A DNA stretch of 64,000 nt from Candidatus Oxydemutator sp. (GTDB lineage Bacteria > Pseudomonadota > Gammaproteobacteria > Poriferisulfidales > Oxydemutatoraceae). Below the pieces are notes generated by a model, which searched no databases, had not been told where the DNA came from, and saw only the letters and a program-made list of their open reading frames with translations. The stretch covers positions 1,696,001 to 1,760,000 of the forward strand of contig OZ241883.1 in NCBI GenBank assembly GCA_965203445.1, given 5' to 3'. Below, one piece after another: positions 30,258-44,424 of this stretch. The position numbers and the translations under genes were made by a program. Position 1 is the first letter of the stretch; each line of letters begins with the position of its first letter.

Positions 30258-30326
30258 TGAAAGGAGGATCGGGTATTGCGGCGTGCGTGTCCGAGGCGCC
30301 GGCCCAAAGGCGCCGCGTTTCTTCCG

Positions 30327-31040
30327 CTACAGGGTCAGTTGGGTGGGGCGCCCCTGGCGTAGTTCGAGCACGCTGCCTTGTTCGTACCAGTCGCCCAGGA
30401 CTATGCGCTGCGCGGGCTCGCCGTCCACCGTCAGGTCGTGGATCGCGGGGCGGTGGGTATGGCCGTGAATCAGGCGGCGCACCGCGTAGCCGCGCATGTA
30501 GGCGATGACGGTGTCCTGGTTGACGTCCATAATCGCGGCCGGCTTGTGCTCGATTGCGCGCCGGCTGCCGCGCCGCAGCGTCTTGGCCAGGCGACGGCGC
30601 CAGCCCGGCCTCAGACTTTGTATCGCCGCCAGCGTCAGCGGATGGCGCACGATGCGCCGGTAGCGCAGGTAGGCGGTATCGTCGGTGCACAGCAGGTCGC
30701 CGTGCATCAGCAGCGTCGGGCCGGCGTTCGTGTTGATGACGTGCGCGTCCGGCAGCAGGCGGCAGCCGGTGCGGCGCGCGAAGCGCTCGCCGATCAGAAA
30801 GTCGCGGTTGCCGGCGATGAAGTGCACCGGCGTGCTTCTGGTCAGCGCCGCCAGCGCCTCGACGACGCCCTCGAACTCGCGCGCCGGGGCGTCGTCTCCG
30901 ATCCAGTAGTCGAACAGGTCGCCCAGGATGTACAGCCGCTCGGCGTGCCTCGCGCGCCCCCGCAGAAAGCCGACGAAGCGCTCGATGGCGTGCGGCCGCC
31001 CGGGACTGAGGTGGCAGTCCGAGACGAACAGCTCGGCCAT
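30327..31040 (-). CDS. lpxH: UDP-2,3-diacylglucosamine hydrolase
   Basis: SDCHL, GDLFDYWIGDD, GNRDF, HGDLLCTDD, HGHTHRP, LGDW. Confidence 0.95.
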   Translation of the reverse strand: MAELFVSDCHLSPGRPHAIERFVGFLRGRARHAERLYILGDLFDYWIGDDAPAREFEGVVEALAALTRSTPVHFIAGNRDFLIGERFARRTGCRLLPDAHVINTNAGPTLLMHGDLLCTDDTAYLRYRRIVRHPLTLAAIQSLRPGWRRRLAKTLRRGSRRAIEHKPAAIMDVNQDTVIAYMRGYAVRRLIHGHTHRPAIHDLTVDGEPAQRIVLGDWYEQGSVLELRQGRPTQLTL

Positions 31041-31622
31041 TCAGTCGCCCGTGACGGTCGCCTTGTATATCGTGACGGTCTTTTTGGGCACGTCGTTGTA
31101 AGGGCCGACCGTACCCGTCTCCAGCGCGGCGATTTTGTCCACGACCTCCAAGCCCTCGATGACCCTGCCGAACACGCAGTAGCCCCAGCCTTGCGCGTTC
31201 TTCTCCTTGAAGTCGAGAAAGGCGTTGTCTTTCAGGTTGATAAAGAACTGCGAGGTCGCCGAGTGCGGGTCCGAGGTGCGCGCCATCGCGACCGTGCCGC
31301 GCAGATTGCGCAGGCCGTTGTCGGCCTCGTTTTTTATCGGCGGGCGCGTCTGGCGCTGTTGCATGTCTTTCTTGAAGCCGCCGCCCTGGATCATGAAGTC
31401 GGCGATCACGCGGTGGAAGATCAGGTCCTTGTAAAACCCGTCGCGCGCGTAGGCGATGAAGTTTTCGCTAGTGGCCGGCGCTTTTTGCCGGTCGAGCTCG
31501 ATGACGATGTCGCCGTGGTTGGTCACCAGGCGCACGCGCGGGGCGCCGTCGGTACACGCCGCGTTGCCGGCGACGAGCAGCGTGCAGCAGGCGGCAGCCA
31601 TGTGTCGGAATAATTTGGGCAT
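31041..31622 (-). CDS. Cyclophilin-type peptidyl-prolyl isomerase with signal peptide (PpiA/PpiB)
   Basis: FHRVIADFMIQGGG, AMARTSDPHSATSQFFIN, GYCVFG. Confidence 0.93.
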   Translation of the reverse strand: MPKLFRHMAAACCTLLVAGNAACTDGAPRVRLVTNHGDIVIELDRQKAPATSENFIAYARDGFYKDLIFHRVIADFMIQGGGFKKDMQQRQTRPPIKNEADNGLRNLRGTVAMARTSDPHSATSQFFINLKDNAFLDFKEKNAQGWGYCVFGRVIEGLEVVDKIAALETGTVGPYNDVPKKTVTIYKATVTGD

Positions 31623-31781
31623 AGGAAAAATCCGCTGGTCTGGTACTGGCAAGAGAGCGGATACTATCCGTTTTCGGCGCCGGTTTCCACCCGCCGGGCC
31701 GATGGGAGAAGCGCCCGGGAAGCGCCCGCGCCCCGATTTTGCCGTGGCGCAGCCGCCGGCCCGGGGCGCCTCGCCCGTGGG

Positions 31782-31788
31782 CTATAAT
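31782..31788 (+). promoter_or_regulatory. -10 box of the tRNA operon
   Basis: CTATAAT 8 nt upstream of tRNA-Pro. Confidence 0.6.
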
Positions 31789-31796
31789 CACCGCTT

Positions 31797-31873
31797 CGGG
31801 GCATAGCGCAGTCTGGCAGCGCGCCTGCTTTGGGAGCAGGAGGTCGGAGGTTCAAGTCCTCTTGCCCCGACCA
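31797..31873 (+). tRNA. tRNA-Pro(TGG)
   Basis: Cloverleaf; anticodon arm CCTGC-TTTGGGA-GCAGG; GTTCAAG; CCA. Confidence 0.95.
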
Positions 31874-31875
31874 TC

Positions 31876-31952
31876 GCGCCTGTAGCTCATCTGGATAGAG
31901 CATCGGTCTTCTAAACCGGAGGTAGCAGGTTCGAGTCCTGCCAGGCGCGCCA
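31876..31952 (+). tRNA. tRNA-Arg(TCT)
   Basis: Anticodon loop CTTCTAA; GTTCGAG; CCA. Confidence 0.95.
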
Positions 31953-31954
31953 GA

Positions 31955-32031
31955 GGTGGGCGTAGCTCAGTTGGTAGAGCACAGGATTGTGGCTCCTGAG
32001 GTCGTGGGTTCGATCCCCATCGCTCACCCCA
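31955..32031 (+). tRNA. tRNA-His(GTG)
   Basis: G-1, anticodon loop TTGTGGC; GTTCGAT; CCA. Confidence 0.95.
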
Positions 32032-32055
32032 CCCACGTTGATACAGGGAGTACGG

Positions 32056-32751
32056 ATGGCTTTGTCGACTGACTTTTTGCCGGGCGGCGGCGCGCCGACC
32101 GGGGCCGGCGTCGTCGCGCGCGCGCGCGGGTTTTTCCACGTCTGGCGGCTGGCGCTGGCGGCCGCGATTTTTGCGGGAGCGGCGGCGGCCGCGCCGAACG
32201 CGCCGCCGCCGGCGGACTACCAGGCGGCGAAAGGCATGGTCGAGGCGCTGGTGCTCGGGTTGATAGCCGAGGTGCGTACCAACCAGGAACTCTACACCGA
32301 CGATGAAGAGTTGTTCGCGTTGATCCGCCGGCGGGTGCTGCCGATGGTGGATACCGCCGCGTTCAGCCGCCTGGCGCTGGGCCGGCATTGGAAAAGCGCC
32401 GACGACGGGCAGCGCCGGGCGTTCGCGCGCGCCATGGAGTCGCAGATGGTCAGCAGCTACGGCAAGTCGTTGACGCTGTTGCTCGAGGTGGATCGCGTCC
32501 GCTTCCGGCCGCTCGAAGGGCGCGCCGGCGGCAAGTACGAGGTGGTCAAGAGCAGCGTTTCCTTCAAGAGCAACCAGCCGCCGCTGCGCATAGACTACGC
32601 CGTGCACAAGGTCGGCGACGGCTGGAGAATTTTCGATCTGGTGATCGACGGCCTGAGCCTGGTGAAGCAGTTTCGCCGGAGTTTCGACCGCGAGATCGAG
32701 GAATACGGCTTGGCCGGGCTGATCGAGCGGCTCGGCGCGTCGTCGCGCTGA
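32056..32751 (+). CDS. mlaC: MlaC/Ttg2D phospholipid-binding periplasmic protein
   Basis: SRLALGRHW...QRRAF...IDY...WRIFDLVIDGLSLVKQFRRSF. Confidence 0.85.
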   Translation: MALSTDFLPGGGAPTGAGVVARARGFFHVWRLALAAAIFAGAAAAAPNAPPPADYQAAKGMVEALVLGLIAEVRTNQELYTDDEELFALIRRRVLPMVDTAAFSRLALGRHWKSADDGQRRAFARAMESQMVSSYGKSLTLLLEVDRVRFRPLEGRAGGKYEVVKSSVSFKSNQPPLRIDYAVHKVGDGWRIFDLVIDGLSLVKQFRRSFDREIEEYGLAGLIERLGASSR

Positions 32752-34035
<1,284 letters not shown>

Positions 34036-34052
34036 CGGGAAGGGAGGCGCGC

Positions 34053-34712
34053 GTGTCCGGTCGTTTCAGAATCGCGGTGGCGAAGGGGCGTGTGCTGCGC
34101 GACGCGCTGCCGCTGCTTAGGCGCGCCGGCCTGGCGCCCGCCGGCGATCCGTCGCAGGAACGCAAGTTGGTGCTGCCGTGCGCCGGCGGCGCCGACGCCG
34201 AGATCGTCGTCATCCGCGCCGCCGACGTGCCGACCTACGTGGACTACGGCGCCGCCGATTTCGGCGTCGTCGGCAAGGACCTGCTGATGGAACACGGCGG
34301 GCGCGGTTTTTACGAGCTGTGCGATCTGGGCATAGCCGCCTGCCGCATGGTCGTGGCCGGCGCCGCCGGCGGCGCCACGCTGCCGCGCCGCCCGCGCGTC
34401 GCCACCAAGTACGTCGCCACGACGCGCCGCTACTTCGCGCGCGGCGGGCGCCAGGCCGACGTCGTCAAGCTCTACGGCTCGATGGAACTGGCGCCGGTGC
34501 TCGGCCTGTCCGACTTGATCGTCGACCTGGTGGACACCGGCGAGACGCTTGCGAGCAACGGCCTGGTCGAGGTCGAGGAAATCGCGTCGGTCAGCGGACG
34601 CTTGATTGCGAACAAGGCTTCGATGAGAATAAAGGGCGCGGCGATGCGGGAGATGGCCGCGCGTTTCGCGGCGGCGCGCGCAACCGCCGCCGACGCGCGA
34701 ACAGTGCGATGA
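34053..34712 (+). CDS. hisG: ATP phosphoribosyltransferase, short form
   Basis: IAVAKGR, DVPTYV, VATKY, KLYGSMELAP, DLVDTGETL; GGAGG RBS. Confidence 0.93.
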   Translation: MSGRFRIAVAKGRVLRDALPLLRRAGLAPAGDPSQERKLVLPCAGGADAEIVVIRAADVPTYVDYGAADFGVVGKDLLMEHGGRGFYELCDLGIAACRMVVAGAAGGATLPRRPRVATKYVATTRRYFARGGRQADVVKLYGSMELAPVLGLSDLIVDLVDTGETLASNGLVEVEEIASVSGRLIANKASMRIKGAAMREMAARFAAARATAADARTVR

Positions 34713-35773
34713 AGTACCAGACCGACGATCTCAAAATCCGCGAAATCAAGGAGCTGATCGCGCCCGAGGAGCTGATCGCCCGATTGCCCGCGAGCGACGC
34801 GGTTTGCGAATGCGTCTATCGTTCGCGCGAGGCGGTGCAGGGCATCCTGCACGGGCGCGATTCGCGCCTGGTCGTCGTCGTCGGGCCGTGCTCGGTGCAC
34901 AACGTGGACGCGGCGCTCGAATACGCGCAGCGGCTGCGCCCGCGCGTCGCCGAGTTCTCCGGCGCGCTGCACGTCATCATGCGCGTTTATTTCGAGAAGC
35001 CGCGCACCACCGTCGGTTGGAAGGGGCTGATCAACGATCCCGATCTCGACGACAGCTTCCACATCAACAAAGGCTTGCGGACGGCGCGCAAACTGCTGCT
35101 CGACCTGAACGGCCACGGCGTGTCGGCGGCGACCGAATACCTCGACCTGATCAGCCCGCAGTACGTCTCCGATCTGATCAGCTGGGGCGCAATCGGCGCG
35201 CGCACGACCGAGAGCCAGTCGCACCGCGAGCTGGCCTCCGGTCTGTCGTGCCCGGTCGGTTTCAAGAACGGTACCGACGGCAACATCCAGATCGCGGTCG
35301 ACGCGCTGCGCTCGGCGTCGCGCCCGCACCACTTTCTGTCGGTCACGAAGCACGGGCGCTCGGCGATCTTCTCGACCGCGGGCAACCGCGACTGCCACGT
35401 CATCCTGCGCGGCGGCAGGCACACCAACTACGACGCCGGCAGCGTCGACGCGGTGGCCGAAAAACTCGCCGACGCCGGGCAGCTGCCGAAGATGATGATA
35501 GATTTCAGCCACGCCAACAGCCTCAAGCAGCACCGGCGCCAGTTGCTCGTCGGCAAGGCCGTCGCCGACCAACTGCGCGCCGGCGAGGAGCGCATCATGG
35601 GCGTGATGATCGAGAGCAATCTGGTGGCCGGGCGCCAGGATCTTAAGCTTGGTGAGCAGCTGGTGTACGGGCAGAGCATCACCGACGCGTGCCTGGGCTG
35701 GGACGATACCGTCGGTCTGCTCGAACAGCTGGCGGAAGGGGTCGAGGCCGGGCGCGCCGCGCGGGGCGCCTGA
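34709..35773 (+). CDS. aroG: Class I DAHP synthase (AroG/AroF type)
   Basis: GPCSVH, RVYFEKPRTTVGWKG, GARTTESQ, DFSHANS, YGQSITDAC. Confidence 0.93.
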   Translation: MKYQTDDLKIREIKELIAPEELIARLPASDAVCECVYRSREAVQGILHGRDSRLVVVVGPCSVHNVDAALEYAQRLRPRVAEFSGALHVIMRVYFEKPRTTVGWKGLINDPDLDDSFHINKGLRTARKLLLDLNGHGVSAATEYLDLISPQYVSDLISWGAIGARTTESQSHRELASGLSCPVGFKNGTDGNIQIAVDALRSASRPHHFLSVTKHGRSAIFSTAGNRDCHVILRGGRHTNYDAGSVDAVAEKLADAGQLPKMMIDFSHANSLKQHRRQLLVGKAVADQLRAGEERIMGVMIESNLVAGRQDLKLGEQLVYGQSITDACLGWDDTVGLLEQLAEGVEAGRAARGA

Positions 35774-37101
35774 TGTTGCCGCTGGCGATAACCCGGCTCG
35801 ATAGCCGCGATCCCGCTTTCGACGCCGGCCTCGAGGCTTACGCGCGGCGCCGCGCCCGGGCCGCGGCCGGCGTCGAGACGCGCGTGCGCGAGATTATCGG
35901 GCAGGTGCGCGAACGCGGCGACGCCGCGCTGCTCGAATACGCCGCGCGCTACGACGGCTTCGAGGCGGATGACGCCGCCGAACTGAGGCTGGCCGCGCGC
36001 CGCGTGCGCGCCGCGGCGGCGCGCGTGCCCGCGGAACTCGTGGACGCGCTGGAACACGCGGCGTCTCGCATCCGCGGCTACGCCGAGCGCCAGAAGCTCG
36101 AGGCCTGGTGCTACGAGGACGACGACGGCGCGCGACTGGGGGAGATGGTGACGCCGCTTGCGTCGGTCGGCGTCTATGCGCCGGGCGGCAGTGCCGCGTA
36201 CCCGTCTTCGGTGCTGATGAACGCGATCCCGGCGCGGGTCGCGGGCGTTGCGCGCGTCGTGATGGCGACGCCGGCGCCCGGCGGCGACGTCAACGCCGCG
36301 GTCATGAAGGCCGCCGAGATCGCCGGCGTGTCCGAGATCTACACGGTAGGCGGCGCGCACGCGATCGCGGCCTTGGCGTGGGGCACGCGCACCATCGCGC
36401 CGGTGTCCAAGATCACCGGGCCGGGCAACGTCTGGGTGGCCGAGGCCAAGCGCCAGGTGTTCGGGCGCGTCGGCATAGACTCGATAGCCGGGCCGTCGGA
36501 AATCCTGATCATCTGCGACGGGCGCACGCCGCCCGAATGGATCGCGTGCGACCTGTTCGCGCAGGCCGAGCACGACGAGCAGGCGCGCGCGGCGCTGCTG
36601 TGCCCGGACGCGGAATATATAGAGGAAGTGGCGCGGCGCATGGACGACCTGATCGGCGGCATGGCGCGCGCCGACGTCATCCGCGCGGCGTTGGCGGAAC
36701 ACGGCCTGTTGCTCCGGGTCGGGAGCCTCGACGAGGCGGTGGATCTGGCCAACCGCATCGCGCCCGAGCATCTCGAGCTGTCGGTGGAGGATCCCGAGGC
36801 GCTGCTCGGCGGCGTGCGCAACGCCGGCGCGGTGTTCCTCGGACGCCACACGTCCGAGGTGCTCGGCGATTACTGCGCCGGCCCGAACCACGTGTTGCCG
36901 ACCGGCGGCGGCGCGCGTTTTTTCTCGCCGCTGGGCACGCACGACTTTCAGAAACGCACGAGCCTCGTGCGCTGCACGCCGCGCGCCGCGGTGCGCCTGG
37001 GACACACCGCGCGGCGCCTGGCCGAGGCCGAGGGTCTCGAGGCGCACGCGGCGTCGGCGCGCTGCCGCATCGCCGCGGGCGCCGCGGATACGTCCGGCTG
37101 A
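35773..37101 (+). CDS. hisD: Histidinol dehydrogenase
   Basis: PGGSAAYPSS, GPGN, AGPSE, QAEHD, APEHL, GPNHVLPT. Confidence 0.96.
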   Translation: MLPLAITRLDSRDPAFDAGLEAYARRRARAAAGVETRVREIIGQVRERGDAALLEYAARYDGFEADDAAELRLAARRVRAAAARVPAELVDALEHAASRIRGYAERQKLEAWCYEDDDGARLGEMVTPLASVGVYAPGGSAAYPSSVLMNAIPARVAGVARVVMATPAPGGDVNAAVMKAAEIAGVSEIYTVGGAHAIAALAWGTRTIAPVSKITGPGNVWVAEAKRQVFGRVGIDSIAGPSEILIICDGRTPPEWIACDLFAQAEHDEQARAALLCPDAEYIEEVARRMDDLIGGMARADVIRAALAEHGLLLRVGSLDEAVDLANRIAPEHLELSVEDPEALLGGVRNAGAVFLGRHTSEVLGDYCAGPNHVLPTGGGARFFSPLGTHDFQKRTSLVRCTPRAAVRLGHTARRLAEAEGLEAHAASARCRIAAGAADTSG

Positions 37102-38177
37102 TGGCGCTCGACTGGATCCGCGCCGACGTGCGCGCCGCCTCGGCGTATGCGGCGCCGTCGTTCACCGGCGCCGTCAAACTCGACGCGATGGAAAGCCCGT
37201 ACGCTCTCGACGACGGCCTGAAGGAACGCTGGCTCAAGGCGCTGGCGGACTGCGACGTCAACCGCTACCCGTCGGGCCAGGCCGCGTTGAAGCGGCGCTT
37301 GGCGGAGCTTACGGGACTGCCGCAAAACTGCGATCTGCTGTTCGGCAACGGTTCCGACGAGTTGCTGCAAATCGTCGCGCTGGCCGCGCGCGGCGAGCGC
37401 CTGTTGTCGCCGTCGCCGGGCTTTTCGATGTACCCGATCATCGCCCGCAACTGCGGTCTCGCGTTCGCCGAGACGGCGCTGTCGCCGCCGGACTTTGCGC
37501 TGCCGCGCGCGGCGATGCTGGCCGCGATTGCGCGCCTGCGTCCGGCGCTGGTGTGGCTCGCCTATCCGAACAACCCGACCGGCAACCTGTGGCGGCGCGA
37601 TACGATAGACGCCGTGATCGAGGCGGCGCCCGGCATCGTGCTGATGGACGAGGCCTACGCGGCGTTCGCGTCGGACTCGTACTGGCCGTCGCTGGGGCGC
37701 CGTGACAATCTGCTGGTGTTGCGCACGTTCTCGAAGATCGGCTTGGCCGGACTGCGCTTCGGCATGTTGGCCGGGCGCGCCGACGTCATCGCCGAGCTGG
37801 ACAAGCTGCGCCTGCCGTACAACGTGAACGCGCTGACCGAGGCGAGCGTCGCTTTTTTTCTGTCGCACATGGAGCATTTCGAGCGCCGCGCCGGCGTCAT
37901 CCGCGCCGAGCGCGAGCGCTTGCGCGAGCGCCTGCGGCGTATTCCCGGCGTCGCCGCGTATCCGAGCGAGGCCAACTTCGTGCTCGTCGGATGCGCGCGA
38001 GCGCGCGCGAGCGCGGACGAGATTTTCCGCGCCCTGCGCGCGCGCGGCATCCTGGTCAGGAATTTTCCCGGCGACGCCGTGCTCGGCGACTGCCTGCGGG
38101 TTACGGTCGGCGCGCCCGCCGAGAACGACGCCTTTGTCGCCGCGTTCGCCGAGCTGGCCGCGGGGGGCCGCGCGTGA
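37101..38177 (+). CDS. hisC: Histidinol-phosphate aminotransferase
   Basis: NRYP, GNGSDE, PNNPTG, DEAY, RTFSK. Confidence 0.94.
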   Translation: MALDWIRADVRAASAYAAPSFTGAVKLDAMESPYALDDGLKERWLKALADCDVNRYPSGQAALKRRLAELTGLPQNCDLLFGNGSDELLQIVALAARGERLLSPSPGFSMYPIIARNCGLAFAETALSPPDFALPRAAMLAAIARLRPALVWLAYPNNPTGNLWRRDTIDAVIEAAPGIVLMDEAYAAFASDSYWPSLGRRDNLLVLRTFSKIGLAGLRFGMLAGRADVIAELDKLRLPYNVNALTEASVAFFLSHMEHFERRAGVIRAERERLRERLRRIPGVAAYPSEANFVLVGCARARASADEIFRALRARGILVRNFPGDAVLGDCLRVTVGAPAENDAFVAAFAELAAGGRA

Positions 38178-38935
38178 CGACGCTGGCCGAGATCGCGGCC
38201 TTTGCCGACCGCCTGCTGGAAGTGCGCCGCTTCGAGGATTACTGTCCGAACGGCGTGCACGTCGAGGGCCTGCGCCCGGTGCGTCGCGTGCTCTCGGGGG
38301 TGACCGCGTGCCTCGCGCTGATCGAGGAGGCCGTCGCGCGCGACGCCGACGCGCTGCTGGTGCATCACGGCTATTTCTGGCGCAACGAGGCGCCGGCGTT
38401 GACCGGCATGAAGGCGCGCCGCCTGCGCCGTCTGCTCGAGAGCGGCATCGGTGTGCTCGCCTACCATCTGCCGCTCGACGCCCACCCCGAGATCGGCAAC
38501 AACGCGCAGCTGGCGAAACGCCTGGGGTTGCGCGCGACCGGCGCGCTCGACGACGACCGACGCGCGCCGATTGCAATGCGCGGCGAACTGGAATCGCCGT
38601 GCGCCGCCGACGAGTTCGGGCGGCGCATCGCGCGCGCCCTGGCGCGCGAGCCGCTGTGGGTGGACGGCGGCGGCACCGGCGACGTGCGCACCGTCGGCTG
38701 GTGCACCGGCGCCGCCCAGGACTACCTCGAGTACGCGGTGCGCCACGGCCTCGACGCGTTCATCAGCGGCGAGGTCTCCGAGCGCACGACGCACGTCGCG
38801 CGCGAGGAAGGCGTGCACTACTACGCCGCCGGCCACCACGCGACCGAGCGCTACGGCGTCCAGGCGTTGGGCGAACGCATAGCGCGCGAGTTCGCACTCG
38901 AGCACGTCTTCGTCGACGTCGACAACCCCGTCTGA
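38174..38935 (+). CDS. Nif3-like dinuclear metal center protein (YbgI)
   Basis: DYCPNG, LVHHG, YHLPLDAH, GNN, AGHHATERYG. Confidence 0.92.
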   Translation: MTTLAEIAAFADRLLEVRRFEDYCPNGVHVEGLRPVRRVLSGVTACLALIEEAVARDADALLVHHGYFWRNEAPALTGMKARRLRRLLESGIGVLAYHLPLDAHPEIGNNAQLAKRLGLRATGALDDDRRAPIAMRGELESPCAADEFGRRIARALAREPLWVDGGGTGDVRTVGWCTGAAQDYLEYAVRHGLDAFISGEVSERTTHVAREEGVHYYAAGHHATERYGVQALGERIAREFALEHVFVDVDNPV

Positions 38936-39026
38936 AGCGTGAACCCCCGGTAGCCGAACCGCCGTTCCCCTCCCGGTCCCAGAGACATCGCCGGTATAGC
39001 CTATCCCTAGCCGTACGGAGCGACTG

Positions 39027-41063
<2,037 letters not shown>

Positions 41064-41109
41064 TCGGGACCTTTATCAGGGTCTTTTGTGCTATCCTTCG
41101 CGCCGATGA

Positions 41110-41186
41110 AGGCGCGTAGCTCAGTTGGTTAGAGCATCACCTTGACATGGTGGGGGTCGTTGGTTCGAATCCAATCGCGCCTACCA
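41110..41186 (+). tRNA. tRNA-Val(GAC)
   Basis: Anticodon loop TTGACAT; GTTCGAAT; CCA; TGCTATCCT upstream. Confidence 0.95.
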
Positions 41187-41217
41187 CCGTTTCCGTCACG
41201 CGCCCGCGACGCCCCGT

Positions 41218-43125
41218 ATGCCAGAGATCACGCTCCCCGACGGCACCCGCAAGGTCTTCGACGGCCCGGTCACGGTCATGCGCGTGGCCGAGGACATAGG
41301 CCCGGGTCTGGCCAAGGCGGCGCTCGCCGGCGAGGTGGCCGGGCGCCTGGTGGACGCCTGCGTCGAGATAGAGCGCGACGCGCCGTTGCGGGTCATCACG
41401 GCGAGGGACGACGAGGGTCTCGAGATCGTGCGCCACTCGTTCGCGCACCTGTTGGGGCACGCGCTCAAGCAGCTGTATCCCGAGGCGCGCATGGCCATCG
41501 GCCCGGTCATCGAAAACGGCTTTTATTACGACGTCGCCTACCGGCGTCCGTTCACCGACGACGACCTGCGGGCTATCGAGCGGCGCATGCGCGAACTGAT
41601 CGAGCAGGACTACGACGTCGTGCGCGAGGTCGTGTCGCGCGAGCAGGCGGTTGCGACTTTCGAGGAGCGCGGCGAGCCGTACAAGGTGCAGCTCGCGCGC
41701 GAGATACCCGACGGCGAGATCATCGCGCTCTACCGCCACCAGGAATACGTGGACATGTGCCGCGGCCCGCACGTGCCGAACACCCGCCACCTGCGCGCGT
41801 TTCGCTTGACCGGGGTCGCCGGCGCCTACTGGCGTGGCGACAGCGGCAACGAGACCTTGCAGCGCATCTACGGCACCGCGTGGGCCGACGACAAGCAACT
41901 GAAGGCCCACTTGAAGCGCCTCGAAGAGGCCGAGAAGCGCGACCACCGCCGCCTCGGCGCGCAGATGGATCTGTTCCACTTCCAGCCCGAGGCCCCGGGC
42001 ATGGTTTTCTGGCACGAGAACGGCTGGACGCTCTACCGCGTGGTCGAGGGCTACATGCGCGCGGCGCTCGCCGGCGCCGGCTACCACGAGGTGCACACGC
42101 CGCAGATGCTCGACCGTACGCTGTGGGAGCGTTCCGGTCACTGGGACAAGTTCGGCGACATGATCTTCTCGACCGAATCGGAGAAGCGCGACTACGCGGT
42201 CAAGCCGATGAACTGTCCGGCGCACGTGCAGATCTACAACCAGGGACTGAAGAGCTACCGCGACCTGCCGTACCGCCTGGCCGAGTTCGGCGTCGTCCAC
42301 CGCAACGAACCGTCGGGCACGCTGCACGGGCTGATGCGGGCGCGCCGCTTCACCCAGGACGACGCGCATATTTTCTGCGACGAGCGGCAGTTGCAGGCCG
42401 AGATCGCAACGCTGATCGAGATGATGTTCCGCGTCTATCGGGATTTCGGCTTCGACGACGTGCTGGTGGCGCTGTCCACGCGCCCGCCGCGACGCGTCGG
42501 CGACGACGCGCTGTGGGACAAGGCCGAGCAGGCGCTCGCCGAGGCGCTGGCCGCGCGCGCACTCGAGTACCGCGTGGACGCGGGCGAAGGCGCGTTCTAC
42601 GGCCCGAAAATTGACTTCACGCTGAAGGACAGCCTCGAGCGCAAGTGGCAGTGCGGCACGATCCAGATAGACTTCTCGATGCCGGAGCGGCTCGGCGCCG
42701 AATACGTCGCCGCCGGCGGTGCGCGCAAGACGCCGGTGATGATCCACCGCGCCATCCTGGGTTCGCTCGAGCGCTTCATCGGCATCCTGATAGAGAACTA
42801 CGGCGGACGCCTGCCGCTGTGGTTGGCGCCGGTGCAGGCCGTGGTCATGAACATCACCGACGCCCAGCGTGATTACGCGGCCGCGGTCGCCGCCGATCTG
42901 GGCGCGCGCGGCTTCCGCGTCCGGGCCGACTTGAGAAATGAGAAGATAAACTATAAAATCCGCGAACACACGCTCGCGCGTGTCCCCTACATGCTGATAG
43001 CAGGCGATGCCGAACGCAACGCCGACACCATTGCGGTGCGCCTGCTGGACGGCAAGGACCTGGGCGCGATGCCGGTCGCCGACGTGGTGGCCGGGTGGAG
43101 CGAGCGCTTGGAAACAAAGACCTGA
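41218..43125 (+). CDS. thrS: Threonine--tRNA ligase
   Basis: TGS domain, CRGPHVP, KPMNCP, GAFYGPK. Confidence 0.98.
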   Translation: MPEITLPDGTRKVFDGPVTVMRVAEDIGPGLAKAALAGEVAGRLVDACVEIERDAPLRVITARDDEGLEIVRHSFAHLLGHALKQLYPEARMAIGPVIENGFYYDVAYRRPFTDDDLRAIERRMRELIEQDYDVVREVVSREQAVATFEERGEPYKVQLAREIPDGEIIALYRHQEYVDMCRGPHVPNTRHLRAFRLTGVAGAYWRGDSGNETLQRIYGTAWADDKQLKAHLKRLEEAEKRDHRRLGAQMDLFHFQPEAPGMVFWHENGWTLYRVVEGYMRAALAGAGYHEVHTPQMLDRTLWERSGHWDKFGDMIFSTESEKRDYAVKPMNCPAHVQIYNQGLKSYRDLPYRLAEFGVVHRNEPSGTLHGLMRARRFTQDDAHIFCDERQLQAEIATLIEMMFRVYRDFGFDDVLVALSTRPPRRVGDDALWDKAEQALAEALAARALEYRVDAGEGAFYGPKIDFTLKDSLERKWQCGTIQIDFSMPERLGAEYVAAGGARKTPVMIHRAILGSLERFIGILIENYGGRLPLWLAPVQAVVMNITDAQRDYAAAVAADLGARGFRVRADLRNEKINYKIREHTLARVPYMLIAGDAERNADTIAVRLLDGKDLGAMPVADVVAGWSERLETKT

Positions 43126-43154
43126 ACCGCAACCATAAAGCGGGAGGAGACGGC

Positions 43155-43706
43155 ATCAAATTAGTAAAAAGAAACCGTTTGAACGACGAGATTGACGACC
43201 TGAACGTGCGCCTGATAGACGTCGAGGGCGTCAACATGGGCGTCATGAGCGCCAGCGACGCGCGCAAGTTCGCGCTGGAGCGCGAACTCGATCTGGTGGA
43301 GCTGGTGCCGAACGCGACGCCGCCGGTGTGCCGGGTCATGGACTACGGCAAGTTCCGCTTCGAGCAGCGCAAGAAGGCGCAGCAGGCGCGCAAAAAGCAG
43401 AAGCGCACGCAGGTCAAGGAGGTCAAGTTCAGGCCCGGCACCGACACCATGGACTACGAGACCAAGTTGCGCAACCTGGTGCGTTTTCTCCGGGACGGGG
43501 ACAAGACCAAGGTCGTTCTGCGGTTCAGAGGCCGCGAGATGATGCACCGGGAATTGGGAATGCAAATGTTGCACAGGGTTCGCGCCGACTTGGCGGAGCA
43601 CGCCGTCGTCGAGCAGCAACCGAAAAACGAGGGGCGCCAGATCGTGATGGTGATGGCGCCGAAAAGACAGGTGGCGGCGAAGCCCGGGCTTGCCGCGTCG
43701 GAGTGA
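43155..43706 (+). CDS. infC: Translation initiation factor IF-3 (probable ATC start)
   Basis: GGAGG then an in-frame ATC; [25 protein letters not shown]. Confidence 0.93.
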   Translation: MKLVKRNRLNDEIDDLNVRLIDVEGVNMGVMSASDARKFALERELDLVELVPNATPPVCRVMDYGKFRFEQRKKAQQARKKQKRTQVKEVKFRPGTDTMDYETKLRNLVRFLRDGDKTKVVLRFRGREMMHRELGMQMLHRVRADLAEHAVVEQQPKNEGRQIVMVMAPKRQVAAKPGLAASE

Positions 43707-43710
43707 CGAT

Positions 43711-43908
43711 ATGCCCAAACAAAAGACCAACCGCGGCGCCGCCAAGCGCTTCAGGAAGACCGCAAGCGGCGCCTATCGCAAGAAGCAGTCGCACGCGCGC
43801 CACATCCTGACGAAGAAGACGCCGAAGCGCAAGCGCGGCCTGCGCGCGCCGGATCTGGTGCACGCCAACGACGTGGCCGCGGTGCGCAAACTGCTGCCGT
43901 ATACCTGA
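43711..43908 (+). CDS. rpmI: 50S ribosomal protein L35
   Basis: [14 protein letters not shown]...HILTKK. Confidence 0.96.
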   Translation: MPKQKTNRGAAKRFRKTASGAYRKKQSHARHILTKKTPKRKRGLRAPDLVHANDVAAVRKLLPYT

Positions 43909-43945
43909 ACCTGCGCCTGAACCGACAGCTGCACCGAAGGACGCC

Positions 43946-44308
43946 ATGCCGCGAGCGAAAAACAGCGTCGCCACGCACGCGCGACGCAAGAAGATCCTGA
44001 AGCGGGCGAAAGGCTACCGCGGCGCGCGCAGCAGAGCGTTCCGCGTCGCCAGGCAGGCGGTAATCCGCGCCGGCGAGTACGCCTACCGCGACCGCCGCCG
44101 GCGCAAGCGCGCGTTCCGCAGCCTGTGGATCGTGCGCATCAACGCCGCGGCGCGCGCCTTCGGTCTGTCGTACAGCCGCATGATCGAGGGCCTGGCCAAG
44201 GCCGACGTAGAACTCGACCGCAAAATCCTGGCCGAACTGGCGGTGCACGATCCCGACGCCTTCGGCAAGATCGCCGAGAAAGCCAAGGCCGCGCTGACCG
44301 CCGGCTGA
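43946..44308 (+). CDS. rplT: 50S ribosomal protein L20
   Basis: AKGYRG...YAYRDRR...[11 protein letters not shown]. Confidence 0.97.
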   Translation: MPRAKNSVATHARRKKILKRAKGYRGARSRAFRVARQAVIRAGEYAYRDRRRRKRAFRSLWIVRINAAARAFGLSYSRMIEGLAKADVELDRKILAELAVHDPDAFGKIAEKAKAALTAG

Positions 44309-44424
44309 TCCGGCCTGCGTCCGGTCGGGTCGCGGTGTCCTCGGGGCTTGCTCTCGTAGCCTGGATTGACGTGTCCTAGGCCGGGGTTTTCGACCTTCCA
44401 CGAGTTGCGACCACGGGCGGCGCC

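Noticed and set aside
44309-44424. pheM-type attenuator upstream of pheS
   Set aside because: No Phe-rich leader peptide or terminator with a U-tract is visible.
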